The position numbers and the translations under genes were made by a program. The notes under the pieces were generated by a model. The model searched no databases, was not told the DNA's origin, and saw nothing but the letters and a program-made list of their open reading frames with translations. This document shows positions 12,212 to 23,856 of a DNA stretch of 64,000 nt, in pieces; position 1 is the stretch's first letter; each line of letters starts with the position of its first letter. Origin of the DNA: Marsupella aquatica (taxonomy: Eukaryota; Plantae; Marchantiophyta); assembly GCA_973895155.1 (NCBI GenBank), contig OZ316899.1, positions 15,217,974 through 15,281,973 on the forward strand, in the 5' to 3' direction.

Positions 12212-14170
12212 ATGACTGTTGATGCGAGTCCGTTCGCAGCCGGGTGGGCTGTTGGGCAAGATGACGAGAATGGAGAAAGGTATGCGATCAGATTTGGGGC
12301 AAAAAATTTTACGGAAATGCAAAGGAGATATGCCCAAGTTAAGAGAGAGCTTTGGGGTGCCAAGGTGGCACTCCATCAGGAGAGGAACTATTTGATTGGG
12401 GCGCCGGTGGTGGTTGAGACTGATTGCCAATCGCTGCTGGGGATGATCGCGAATTGTGACACGCCTTACATAGCGATGCTCAGGTGGATTGCTTTCATTC
12501 GGATGTTCAACCCTGAGCTAAGTCACATTGCGGGAAAGGATAATCCGGTTGCCGACATGCTGTCGAGGGCGAGATTCAGAAATGAGGTAGCAACGAGAGT
12601 TGGCGAGGTGACCAGAACCGAAAGTGTTGGAAGTCTAGAGTTCAAGGAGAAACTCTACTCGGGAGAGTTGCTGGATATCGGGCGTTACATTAGCACTTTG
12701 GAGAAGCAACCAGAGTGGAGTTACCAGGAGTTCGTCAAGATCCGGAAGAGATCTTACAAGTTCCTATTGAGGGAGGGTTATTTGTGGCGAAGGCATAAGG
12801 ACCCAAGTCAGTTGTTGCAGAGGGTTGTGGATACTAAGGGTGAGAAAGACCGAATTCTCAAAGAGAGCCATGATGCTGACATGGCTGGGCACAAAGGGGT
12901 GCATTCGACTTACGAGAGGGTTTGGAAGCTGTACTGGTGGCCAGGTTTGTACTTGGCCGTTCGAGACTATGTCGAGACTTGCGAGATTTACCAGTTTTAC
13001 TCGAGGATCCGACATAGGGATGGATTGGTTCCGACTTACCCCGTGGCTCTACACTTTCAATGGGCTGTTGATGTGGTGTACATGCCGAGAGAGAGCAATG
13101 GGGCAAGATACTTGGTTTTGGCAAGAGAAGACTTGTCTTCTTATGTGGAAGGGAGAGCGCTGGTTTTGAACACTACTGCTGCCGTTTGCCAGTTCATACT
13201 TGAGGATATCATTGCAAGGCATGGGTGCTTTACGAGGATCAAGGCTGATAGGGGGGAGCTCAGCTCCAAGGAAGCGCAAGAGCTTTTTGACCAATACCGC
13301 ATCAAACTGAAGCTGACTTCGAGTTATAATCCGGAAGGCAATGGGAAGTCTGAAAGGGGGCACATCCAGATTGTGGGCGCTTTGGCTAAGGCTTGTGATG
13401 GGGACTTGGGCAGGTGGTCGAGTCTCCTTCCACTTGCTCTGCTAGCGGATCGGATGACATGTAGCTCAGTGACCAAATACGTTCCGGCTGAGCTACTTAC
13501 TGGGCATTTGCTGATGATGCCACTCGAGGAAGATGTTTGCAGCTGGCGACTGATTGGATGGAAAGATGAAGTTTCGAGAGAGGAGTTGCTGGCTCAAAGG
13601 ATCGAACACTTCAACTTGTTACCCGCAAAGATTGAGGTGGCTTGGAAGCAATTGAAGATGGCAAGGTTAAGGAACAAGGGCAGGTTCGACAGGACTCATC
13701 GGTTGAGGCCTGTCTTGGTGAAGGAAGGGGATTGGGTTCTGGTTTACGAAAGTAAGTTGGACAAGCAACACTTGAGCCGAAACAAGTTTGCTCGGAGGTG
13801 GCAAGGTCCGTATGTGGTGGTTGCTGTTCATGCAAATGCAACCTACACTATTCGGGAGTTGGATGGGACGGTTCACCAAGTACCTTATGCAGGGAAAAGG
13901 GTGAAGATCTTCAAGAGGAGGACCGAGAAGGGAATGGACTCAAGTTCCGACTTGAGTGAGTTTGAAGACGAGGCGCTGGTCCAGGCGCATCCGATGGACT
14001 TGAGTTTCGAAAGTGGCTTGACTGGTTCCGATTCGGATGAGTTGGATTTTGGGTTTCTGGAAAGTGGAGTGCCTAAGGCCGAGTTTGAAGGCTTTGGGTT
14101 TGAGTTTCTTGAGGAGGAAGTGGTCCAGGCGCATGGCTCGAATTCTGACTCAGACTTGGAGGAAATCTGA
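12212..14170 (+). CDS. pol: RNase H and integrase of the nested element, with an acidic C-terminal tail
   Basis: VDASPFAAGW, ETDCQSL, DNPVADMLSR (RH); H..AGH zinc-binding part, QWAVDVV, ADRGEL, YNPEGNGKSER, WQGPY (IN). Confidence 0.9.
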   Translation: MTVDASPFAAGWAVGQDDENGERYAIRFGAKNFTEMQRRYAQVKRELWGAKVALHQERNYLIGAPVVVETDCQSLLGMIANCDTPYIAMLRWIAFIRMFNPELSHIAGKDNPVADMLSRARFRNEVATRVGEVTRTESVGSLEFKEKLYSGELLDIGRYISTLEKQPEWSYQEFVKIRKRSYKFLLREGYLWRRHKDPSQLLQRVVDTKGEKDRILKESHDADMAGHKGVHSTYERVWKLYWWPGLYLAVRDYVETCEIYQFYSRIRHRDGLVPTYPVALHFQWAVDVVYMPRESNGARYLVLAREDLSSYVEGRALVLNTTAAVCQFILEDIIARHGCFTRIKADRGELSSKEAQELFDQYRIKLKLTSSYNPEGNGKSERGHIQIVGALAKACDGDLGRWSSLLPLALLADRMTCSSVTKYVPAELLTGHLLMMPLEEDVCSWRLIGWKDEVSREELLAQRIEHFNLLPAKIEVAWKQLKMARLRNKGRFDRTHRLRPVLVKEGDWVLVYESKLDKQHLSRNKFARRWQGPYVVVAVHANATYTIRELDGTVHQVPYAGKRVKIFKRRTEKGMDSSSDLSEFEDEALVQAHPMDLSFESGLTGSDSDELDFGFLESGVPKAEFEGFGFEFLEEEVVQAHGSNSDSDLEEI

Positions 14171-14206
14171 AGGATTGGAGCAGACCGGAGGCTGCTCAGG
14201 TTTACT

Positions 14207-14215
14207 AGGGGAGGA
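14207..14215 (+). promoter_or_regulatory. Polypurine tract of the nested element
   Basis: AGGGGAGGA directly before the 3' LTR. Confidence 0.8.
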
Positions 14216-14976
14216 TGTCGTGCCAAATGATTTCGGCTCAGGAATGGCTTTTATAGGGGATGATGGACGAGGCCTCCCGGTTGGGTTGCATGCATGATGA
14301 CTCGGAGGGGCTGCTTGGTTGGATGGATTGAGGGTTGGTGATTGGGTGACTCGTCGTCACCAGGTTTGGTGTTTGGGTGAGTCACCAGGCTTGGAGTTTG
14401 GATGAGCCTCGCTGATGGCAGCTGGCTCAGGCTGGATGGTTGGGTGTCTGATGCTACTTAAGACTTGAGCCTCGACTCATTGAGGTTGACGGTTGTCTAT
14501 TGAGGTCGGTTGAGTTACGCTCCGTTCTACGGGACTCGGCTGTCGTGCGTCGGTTTTGGAGTTCGGAGTGAGTGTTGGATCCAGGTGTGGAGTTTTCGAT
14601 CCAGGCGGGGAGTTTCTCGAGTCTGGAGTCTCGTTGGTCCAGGCCCGAGTTCCGTGCGAGCTGTTTTAGACTAGTGGAGTAGCTAGTCGAGTTTTGGTTT
14701 TGTGAGCTAAGGAAGATAGTTTCTCCGTCAGATTTTGAGTAGTTAGTCACTTGAGGAGTTCTACTCGACAAGTTAGAGGTAGCGGCCCGCCGTAGGGCCA
14801 GCTACCAGACTCTTGCGGGCAAGCTTACTCGAGGGCACCTATTGTAACCTTTGTGAGAAAAGTAAAAAATTAAAAGGAGTGAGAGTTCGCTCCGAAAAGT
14901 GCTTGTCACCTGTCCTTATCGCAGCCAGAAGTGTGTAGTTTGCCCGAGGAGCCCCTAACTTAAAGTCCACGCGACA
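14216..14976 (+). repeat. 3' LTR of the nested Gypsy element
   Basis: Direct repeat of 7566-8326. Confidence 0.96.
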
Positions 14977-14980
14977 CCGG

Positions 14981-16368
14981 GGAGGACTTAGCATGGGGAG
15001 ACTTGTGGGCAATGAGACGTGGCACTAGCGAGGCAAGGAGCCAAGTTGGGGGAACACACTAAGGACTTGGACTAGCCTATGGCTGGTCGGGTAAGGGGAA
15101 ATGGGCCAGGCTCAAGGATGGCCATTCGGACCTTCGGATGGACTTTGAGTTCTGAGGGCTTGGGAGTGAGCTCCTCTTGTGCCCAAGGCCAATGGAGTTG
15201 ACGCCTTTGGCAACGGATGCTTGGGGCGCAAGTTGTGGCCCGATCTGGGTTGGGCCGGTCGGGGGCCCTGAGCGACGATCTGACTTGAGGGCCTAGGCAT
15301 GAGCACTGGGTCGGCTCGGTCACAATGGGCTAAGGCACTCCGCTTGCGGATGCCTATCAAGAGAGTTATGGGCGTTGCAAGTTAGTGATGCGTCCATTAT
15401 GCGCGATGGGATCCAGGTTGGGGGCCAAATGTTTAGGGACCAAAAGCTGGTCCGGGGGTGGCAGGTCTCCAAAAGCATATATGAGGGGAGTGGTGTCTCC
15501 CTGGGGGCTAAGGGCGAGCCGAAGTCGTGAGCCGCGGCGGTCACGACACTAAAGGAAACCGCCAAACGGAAATGGCGATATCTTCCCAACGGGAAGTCCG
15601 TTGGAGGATTTCTTAGGTGCGTTGGAAAGCTCTTGAAGAGGGCTACGCCCTCCTGAGCTCAGCTGGGTCTGGGGGTGCCGCGGGTTCTTGTGGTTTGCGG
15701 GTGTTAGCCTGCCCGCTTGTCAAATCTTGTCGAACAGCAGCCAAGCCGCGTTCAGTCTCCCAAGGGAGCTTGCGTTGGGGAGGCAAGGCCAAGTAAGTGC
15801 GGAGGCTGAGTTCCAAGGGTGCTCGGCCCCTAGACCACCAGTGGGGCAAACCGGGAGCGGTTGCTAGAGTCGGGGCCGTTCTGGTCCCGGCGTGTTGGGA
15901 CAAGCTTGGGACAAGCTTTAGGACAAGCTACACTATTTGGGCCATGAGCATGTCCTGAGGTCAGGGCGCTCAGTTGGTGATGGATAGGTACGAGGGGGAA
16001 CCCGGGCCGCGCCCAAGGAAGGAGCTGTTCTAGATGAACAGTGGGTGTGGGTTCTGGCTCCGGCTTATGGCATCGGGAGGACCTATCGTTGACCTATTTA
16101 CCAACGTCTGTTGAGCTTGAGTGAGGCTGCTAGACTTGGCGAGTTCTAGATTCTGAAGGGTTACTTACCGAGGTGTTTGGTTGCTTGTGCAGATAGGGAG
16201 GATCGTGGAATAGCGGTCGTGTTAGAGAGCAAGTGCAGCTTTGTATGGGAGGGGCCGCTGGCGGTGCAAGGGGCACTAGGTTGCTTGCTCGAGGTATTCT
16301 GTGGAGGCGTTTGGGCACCAAGGGCACTTAGGCGTGAGTGCTGGGATTGGTGAGGGCGTTGGGTGGCA
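14981..16368 (+). repeat. Chromovirus 3' LTR, right part (end approximate)
   Basis: GC-rich non-coding continuation after the TSD; ends ...GGTGGCA, an imperfect inverse of the TGCAA start, where composition turns AT-rich. Confidence 0.55.
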
Positions 16369-17224
16369 AGCTCCACCACTGTCTCCATCCACAAGTGCCT
16401 GAAGAAGAGATGGACAAAATGAGAGAATCAGAACTTGATATGTTTGAAGAACTTTCTTCAAACAACCTTCTCAATGAAGCTGGCACATTGAGACCAGAGA
16501 CCATCCAAGTACCTGACATTCCCGTCAATGAAGCAAGTGCATCCACAACTGCTAACAACCATGCAGGTGCTTCAATTTGTCCTGATACACTCTTTTCCAT
16601 TTTTAATGACAAACTGGTGTTTGTTTGGTCACAATCAAGAAGTCCTGTTATCCTTCCACTCTCAAAAAAGAAAGGGAAGAGAGTAGGATCAACTAGATAT
16701 AAGTCACTTGAATATGGTTGTCGATGTTCCGTACATGTGGAAAAGTGGACCAAATGTAGGAACAAAAGTACCGTTGGATGCTGCTCAATCAATTTTGAAC
16801 AATGACTCGTACAAAAAGCATTTAAAAGATCCAGCTTATAGAAGCGGGGAATTGGGTTTGATAACTCCAATTTGGTCTACACCTTATTGGGTAGAGGAGC
16901 GTACCTCCAATGTCAATTATGAGATCCAATAGGAGTTTGGTGACGATATTTTGATTGATGAATATGGATCTCATTGTTAGCCAATGGCTAAGATTGAGCC
17001 ATGTGACCTTATCAATTTTATATAATGTAGTTTGAGTGTATAATTATATTTCAAGCCTAACAATTAGAGCATCAGTATTATCCATCTCCTCTTTATGGTT
17101 TCTCAATGAATACAGTATGCAGATTTTCTTTGTGCTTGGCCACTTGTGTTTTTGGATTGAGACGATCTCTAATTAAACTTCAAATGTGGTTTTTTCTCTA
17201 AGATTGGTATTTTTTGCACTTGCA

Positions 17225-20200
17225 GAACCAAGACCCTTTTCCATCAAGCGCAAATTGCTGATTTTGGATCTTAACAAAATACTTTGGGATTCAATTAAAT
17301 TCCAAAGCAAGGGCAAATCCAAAAACGTTGTGACCCCAAGTGGAGTGCATTGGGATAGAAAAAATGGAATTAGTCGCATGTATACAGAAGGCCAGGGCTT
17401 CATGAGTTTCTAAAGTTGGTTTTTGACCAATTTAATGTTGCAATTTGGACATGTGTTGGGATACAACGAACAGTGAAAATGTTGACCATGATGTTTGTGG
17501 ATTGACTCAATATAGGTATATCTAAGAAACTTGTCATTTTTTTACTTTTTGAACAAGGAATAGTAAGAAAGACGTTTGAGTGTTAGCAGAGTATTCAGGG
17601 TTTGCAACCCTAAGTAACTAGGGAAAGCTAGTAGGAAATAATGTTAGGGAGAATACATGATCATGTTTCAAGAAAGTGTCAAGGGATAACTAAGGTCTTT
17701 ATGGTAGGGTAGCAAATGTTCCGTCTTTAGTTAGAATAGGCGACTAAATTGGGCCGGAAAATGACCCGACACTTGAAGTCTTAGATTTGGTTAAAGATTT
17801 TTCCCATAGGTGCTAGGAGGGTCCTTAGAGCACCCTTGTGAAGTATGACATCAAGTGAGGTCTCAACCTAGGGTTTCATTGTATTTTGGTGGGACTTAAA
17901 TTAACAAAATAGCGGGTCCCAGGAAAAATAGTTAATGGGGAAATGTAGGGGTTTCAAGTTGGAAAATGGGTTAAATATGGTCCACTCTATCCCTAGAAAC
18001 TTGTGGGAGAACTTGGTTAACTTTAATTACTTTTGGGGAACATCTCAAAGTTGAGAAGAATTTTGGAAAACATAAGAATTAACCCTCTTTACTAAATTTT
18101 AAAAAATCATTTATAAGGTTTTGTTTAGATATTAGTAAACCAGGACATAGTCCTATGTCTATAGAATCTGTGGATTTACTCATAAGTACTTTTGGACTCA
18201 TGGGTGATTTTTGGGGCAATCCAAAACGGTCTGGAAATACTGTTTTTTCCAACAACAAAAATCCGAATTTTTTTCCAAGTGTTAACCGCGTCGGCGGCGA
18301 CCACGACTTAAGCATGAGGCTGGGGGAGACTCAAGCACGAGGTCAGGAACACCATAAGGGTCAATACATGAGATGTTTGCTTTGAATTGGGATCAAGAGG
18401 CAACTACTAAATTGAATTGAGTTGCTATAGCTTTAGGCATGGGATGCTGATCAGGCTTGGTTGGCTACCTCGATGTTGTTGATTGGAATTGAGCTGCTTG
18501 CTATGGAGAAATAGGCTGCTGTTGGTCAAGAGATGGTTGATTGGTTGTGAGCTATGGTGGGCTACGAAATTGAATGGATGGCTGCTGGAGAATAGAGCTA
18601 GGCTACTAGCAAATTGATTGAATGTTGTAGCAAATCAGGAGGACCAGCTGGTTGTGAGCTATGGTGGGCTACGAAATTGATGGGCTATGGCTGCTGCAAA
18701 ATTCTAGCTGCAAAATTGACCAAAAGAGCTCAGAATTGAGCTGTTGGCTGCAAGCTATGGAGGACGTACTATGGCAAGTTGCTGACCAACAACACGAGAT
18801 CCATGGTGCTCCTTCATTCATGCTGCTACTTCATCCATGATCCTACTGTGAGAATAATCGGGCCACCTCCTTAGTAAACTCTGCCCTGAGTGATAAAAAA
18901 CATGGTCCTTATGAGAGTCGTGGCCCCTGGTGACACCTGGAATCTCCATAAGGGGCGTATAAAAAGTAAGTGTAATCAGGTCACCGCTTACACCCACTTT
19001 ACACCAAAAACAGGCATTGGGAGAATGGGCATAACTTTGGCTAGGGATATCCGTTGGGGCCCAAATGTTTTTGTGCTAAGTTAGGGGAAGGTAAGGCACC
19101 CCTTGGTGAAGGTGGAAACCCAGAAAAAGAATCACTCAAATATATTTTTAGCCAAGGCTAGGAGGGGGTCCCGATAGCTTGCAAACCAGAGCCGACCTAA
19201 GCAAACAAACACCAGATTTCAAGACTGACCTTTCTCGCACCCATACCACTTTAGTTAGGCTCTAGGGAAGGGTGTTTACCTTTGGTCAAGGGTGTAAGGC
19301 CATAAAGTTAAGAGAAGTAAGTATAGGGGGTAGTTTACTTAGGGTAGTAAAAGGGTTACAAGTAAAATAAGGCCAACTTTGACTAGGCATAACTTGAGAC
19401 TCACTCACTCTTTTTTGCAAGCTTTCAAGTGGGTTGGAAAGCTGGTGAGGAGAACCATAAGTGGGAGTAGGTTTGGAGGTCAAAGCATGCAACTCATGTG
19501 TGGCATATTCTAGGGCTTGGAAGGAGGCAAAATAACAAGTAGTAGGGTGGGCTATGAACTAATATAGAGTTGAACTTTGTGTGTTAGGAGGATTTGGGGG
19601 AGGTATGGTTGGACCCCAGGTCAAGCTTGGTGTGGTGTGGAAGGAGAATAGTATAAAAAGAGGAAATTTTCCTTTGTTAGGGACCGGGAGTCTCTTCTCT
19701 TAAGTGGAATCTCTACCTTGCCAAGGTAGGGCTAAGCTTGAGAAGGGAGAGGTGATCCATGCTTAGTGTGGAGAATGTATAGTGAACTTTTGTTGTAAAT
19801 ATGATGCAATAAAAGGAGACTTGTCAATCTTCATTGTGACCATTAAGTGTGAGTGCATTTGAAGTGTATGAGAGCAAGATAAGAGTCCTTGCTAGGGTGT
19901 AATCTTGGTCTAAGCTTGAAGGGGATGTGCTAGTACAAAACCAAGGCCAATGAGGCAAGGTTAAGGTGGAGCACTACTTTGAGACTTAGAGAAGATTGTA
20001 GCTTGTAGGTGGAAAGTACTTTGCTTGGTGTGTGGTGTTAACAAGAAGTAAGAACAAGAGGAAGAGTCCTTAGATAGAGGAGCCTTCTCTGGAGCTCAAA
20101 GAGGATGTGTGGACCCAAACCAAGGCCAGGGGGGCAAGGTTGAGGGGTAACACTACTTTGAGGGTCTTGAGGAGACTTAAGCTTGAAGAGGAAAGTACTT

Positions 20201-21181
20201 TGGGTTCTTGGGTGTTTGTGTGAGAATCTACTCTAAGGTGACAGCTTGGAGCGGAGATCCCCCTTGCTGATCCTTGGAGTTGAGGAGAGGGGAAGGGTGT
20301 GAGTGCAAAAGTAGTCAAGGGGACTACCTCTCTAGAAGTGGAGAGTCGAAAAAGTATGGAGTGATTAGACATTGCAAGCATATTTCAAAAGTTTTGTCAA
20401 TCCTTTATGACCCTGGTATGATATGGAGCAAGTATTAGGTAGTTTTTTTGGGAGAAAAGCCACTTAAGCTCCTTGACAAGTGCTTGACAATGTTCACTGC
20501 TGAGGAGCGGTTGAAACTTAAGTTTTTATTCACACAGGTGGAAGCCTTTGACATAGGCATTCAAAGATGTGACATTACAAATGGAAATGCAAATGTGCTA
20601 CTGAAGGATTTTTGGGTGGTATGGAGTGGATTTGGAAATCTATATGATTAAACCAACACCCTCCTTGTGGATGACTCCCACTTAAGGCGTTTGTCAACCC
20701 AAGCATGACCGGACTATCTCTAGTGCCCTATACGCATGCCAATTGTGAAGAGAATTTTCTTCTAGCAATTCTTTGGCCTTGTCTTGAGAAAGTATCACAT
20801 GCAAGTGACATTCAATGTTATCTTCTTATCAACTCTCCAATGTGGTCTCTATTGCACATAAAGAGAGACAAGATAAAAAATAAAATTACTTATGATCAAC
20901 TTAGTAAGAGATGTGCAACAAAAAATTGGAAGTCACAGTTTACGCATAGTATGTTGGACCTCAATAGCAATGAGATTCCTTGGAACATGAAGCACCGTAT
21001 ATGTAGCTTACGTCCTGAGGCAGAACTTGACAATGCACTTGTCACCTCACTTGCTAAAGCATTTGTAGGACGGGACTATTCAAGCCCATTTAGAGAAAAT
21101 CCCATACACTTTTTGCGGGAGATTATAGCCATGAGGAACAACACCTCCAAGTTTGAGCTCCCCGAAGATAAAGGGACTTGA
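17225..21181 (+). pseudogene. FCP1/NIF-like (HAD-fold) phosphatase-domain pseudogene split by a solo LTR
   Basis: KLLILDLNKIL, (frameshift) RRPGLHEFLKLVFDQFNVAIWT, then across the LTR MFTAEERLKLKFLF...LLKDFWVVW...NTLLVDDS. Removing the LTR and one TSD copy restores the frame. Confidence 0.75.
17496..20489 (+). mobile_element. Solo LTR (~3.0 kb), copy A
   Basis: TGTGG...TGACA termini; ATGTT TSD (17491-17495, 20490-20494); homologous along its length to the reverse complement of 53792-56907. Confidence 0.92.
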
Positions 21182-23238
21182 AATCGTGACAATACGATAG
21201 ATAGTAAAGGTGACAGGGGCACGTGCTCAAATACACATTGTAAGGAGCACTTTGTTTAGAGATCTTACTCATGTTAAGCCCCTTAGATAGAAGAAATGCG
21301 TTGTAAATTTGGAGATAATTGTATATTATTTGGAGTTATGTCATTTTGTTCACACATTATCAAATGAATCCTTGGGTTTCTTTTTGCTTAAATGTTTTTC
21401 TAAGTATGATCTCTATCCTACTATTCTTTGTGAATTAATAAATGATATAATAGTAATCTGATTTGGCTATAAAGTGTACATTTAGGGACCAAAAAGTGCA
21501 CATTTGGGCTTCTAAAAGTGTACATTTCAAGACTGATTTATGAACAAAAGAAAATACACTTTTAACGAATAGGCTGATATATTCATAATCTTGACCGCCT
21601 GTTATGGGTCCAAAATCACTTTGAGGTCATCGTTTTGTGTACCCTCATCTGTTTCCTTAGCCTTTCCCTTGTCGATCTTGCATACTTTGTAATCGACATC
21701 TTTTGAAGTATACAAGAATTTTGGCTTTGGATTGTTGGGCTTGAAAACTTCATTCCAGTTGACGTCTTCATCTTGAGAAATTCCCGCAAATATAAGTTCT
21801 TCAGTCCCCCCACCCCAACATGAGTCATGAGGGTGCGGTTGATCATCTCGAGAATAACTCCCATACTCAATGTGAATGCTCAAAGCTTTCTCTTGTCCCA
21901 ATTTACAAAGGGCACCATGGACATTGAGTGCAAGTTGTCCAGGATGAACTGATATTGTCACAACAATCGTGGGATTTTGTGGAAGCTCCACAATGTATTC
22001 AAAGAGAACAAGAATCTTTCCTTCAGTCCACTATTTTTGCTGAAGCCGGTTGAAATCAACAATATATGGCAAGAGGGCAGGTTGGAGGAGCTTCTTGCAA
22101 TGACTCTGGATCAATGGTCTTCATGAGATTGTCTCTAAAATACGTAACCCACGGTAGGATCTGAGAACGTGATCCTCCGCCAAATTTCTGGCAATATATA
22201 TCATCTAGGCAAAATGCCAATGCCGTCGGCAAGATTGTGCTCTCCCGCGTATGATTTGGCTTTAAAAGGTTGGCAAGATAGACCTCACCAACGGCTCTTT
22301 GACACCCACTGAACTGTGCATCAATTGCTAGCGTAGGAAAGAACCTCAACTACTTTCCCCCAATTAGTATCTACCAGGAAATTCACCGCATCTTTGGTGC
22401 AATAGTAGTCTTCAACAAGGGACTTCAGTTTCCGCACTATCTTCACATCTTTGGCCAACTCCTCTATAGATGGCATGTATGATTTATTAGAGGCATCTTT
22501 CTTAGTTTAGCAATACCTTTCCTGACTTCACCCGCGTCAGTATTCTTGTGAAGTCTCTCTGTGACATCAACTCACCATCAAAACAACAAAACACGGCAAC
22601 AATAATTGCTTTTTCAGACTTCTCATTTCCTTCTACCCCAGCTCCATCGGGAAGTTCCTATCCAACCACATCTGGCACACCAAACGCCATAACTCAAAAA
22701 GATCATTGTCCGCAAAAAGTAACTAGTAAACATTTCGAGAATCCTTCCTTCCCATGGTCATTCTTGCAAGAGCCAACCAATCCTACAATTGCAAAGGATA
22801 GTCTATTAGTTCTCCATATCTCAATTGTTTGAAAGCACTCAGATAGCATGCGGTGGCGCAATAGTTTGGCGGAGCTCAGCCATTGGAGTTTTTTGCCTGT
22901 TTTCAGGTTTAGTGCGTTTTTCTTTGTTAAAGTAAGGGTGTTGGTTATATTGTTGTAGTTTTTACTGCGCAACGGGTAAAACTTTGAATTATGTTTGGCG
23001 CGGGGTGTAATACTAGACATACTTGTGAAGATTTTTCTTCGCATTATTTCTGGTTGATACCCTGGATAGGTTAGATTTGGTTTCTTAACCTCTAGATAGA
23101 TCTTCTAGTGAGTGTTTCCTCTTTTCCGGAACTTTTTCCGAAGTACTGTGGTCTTTATTATAGAAATCTTTTGTAAGATTCTTGATGAGTGAGATGGATT
23201 TTAGCTTTCTCCGTTGAGGTGTGATTTCCATAACGAAT

Positions 23239-23856
23239 ATGGCTAGACGTAGTATTAACTACTGGGAAATGGAGGAATTAAGGCGTAATCGGGAGTACCG
23301 GGAGAATCAGGAGTTTTGGTAGCATCGCGAGTACAATCAGCAAGCTAGGTCACTTCCACAACAAATGATTTGCAGTCAGAAGTGGAATCGAGAAGTTCAC
23401 AATAGAAATTACTCTAGAGATGTTGATTTGAACATGGTCAATTCTATCAACTACGAGGTACATGATCGTCGGCCTGTCAAATTCAAGGAGGAGTTGAATC
23501 AACCGGACTTTACCAAGGCATCTTTAGCCCCAGGAGTTCTCGAATCATTGAAGGAACAATTCTTCAAGGATAAAATTGTTCTATGTTTTGAAGGAGTGGT
23601 TAATATCCGACAAGCAAAACAGTGGATAGATTTGTACAATCAACAGCATCTACATCAGTTGGAAATCTTTGAACCTTTAGCAAATGCGCTTTTTGTCATT
23701 TCGGTTATTAATACTGATCCTGTTAAAACAGTGCAAGCATTGATTCTTTCGTCTCCCCTCATTCTGGCTGAGTTCCAGCATAGTCGTGCTCTACAGGCTA
23801 ATCTTTCGGGTAAACCTCTTCACATTGAAGACCGCCAGGTGTTGATTAATGAGTAA
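23239..23856 (+). pseudogene. Possible truncated LINE ORF1-like fragment
   Basis: ATG at 23239 in frame with ORF 23365-23856 after a T-rich leader; weak resemblance to a plant L1 ORF1 N-terminus; joins abruptly to the middle of a CACTA transposase. Confidence 0.3.

Larger units (their letters stand above)
7566..14976 (+). mobile_element. Full-length non-chromovirus Ty3/Gypsy element nested in the chromovirus 3' LTR
   Basis: Two 761-bp LTRs (TGTC...GACA), PBS, PPT, gag-PR-RT-RH-IN, no chromodomain; CCGG on both flanks (7562-7565, 14977-14980). Confidence 0.96.
2165..16368 (+). mobile_element. Degenerate Ty3/Gypsy chromovirus; 5' LTR not in window, 3' LTR split by a nested element
   Basis: Domain order gag-CCHC-PR-RT-RH-IN-chromodomain, then PPT and a TG-initiated LTR; several frameshifts and stops. 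Confidence 0.9.

Noticed and set aside
3089-14771. Numerous antisense or alternative-frame ORFs over gag-pol and inside the LTRs (e.g. 7822-8100, 14454-14771)
   Set aside because: Shadow ORFs of coding or GC-rich repeat sequence with no recognisable motifs.
20414-20430. TGGTATGATATGG as a tRNA-Met PBS
   Set aside because: It lies inside the TSD-defined LTR in both copies and no internal coding region follows.
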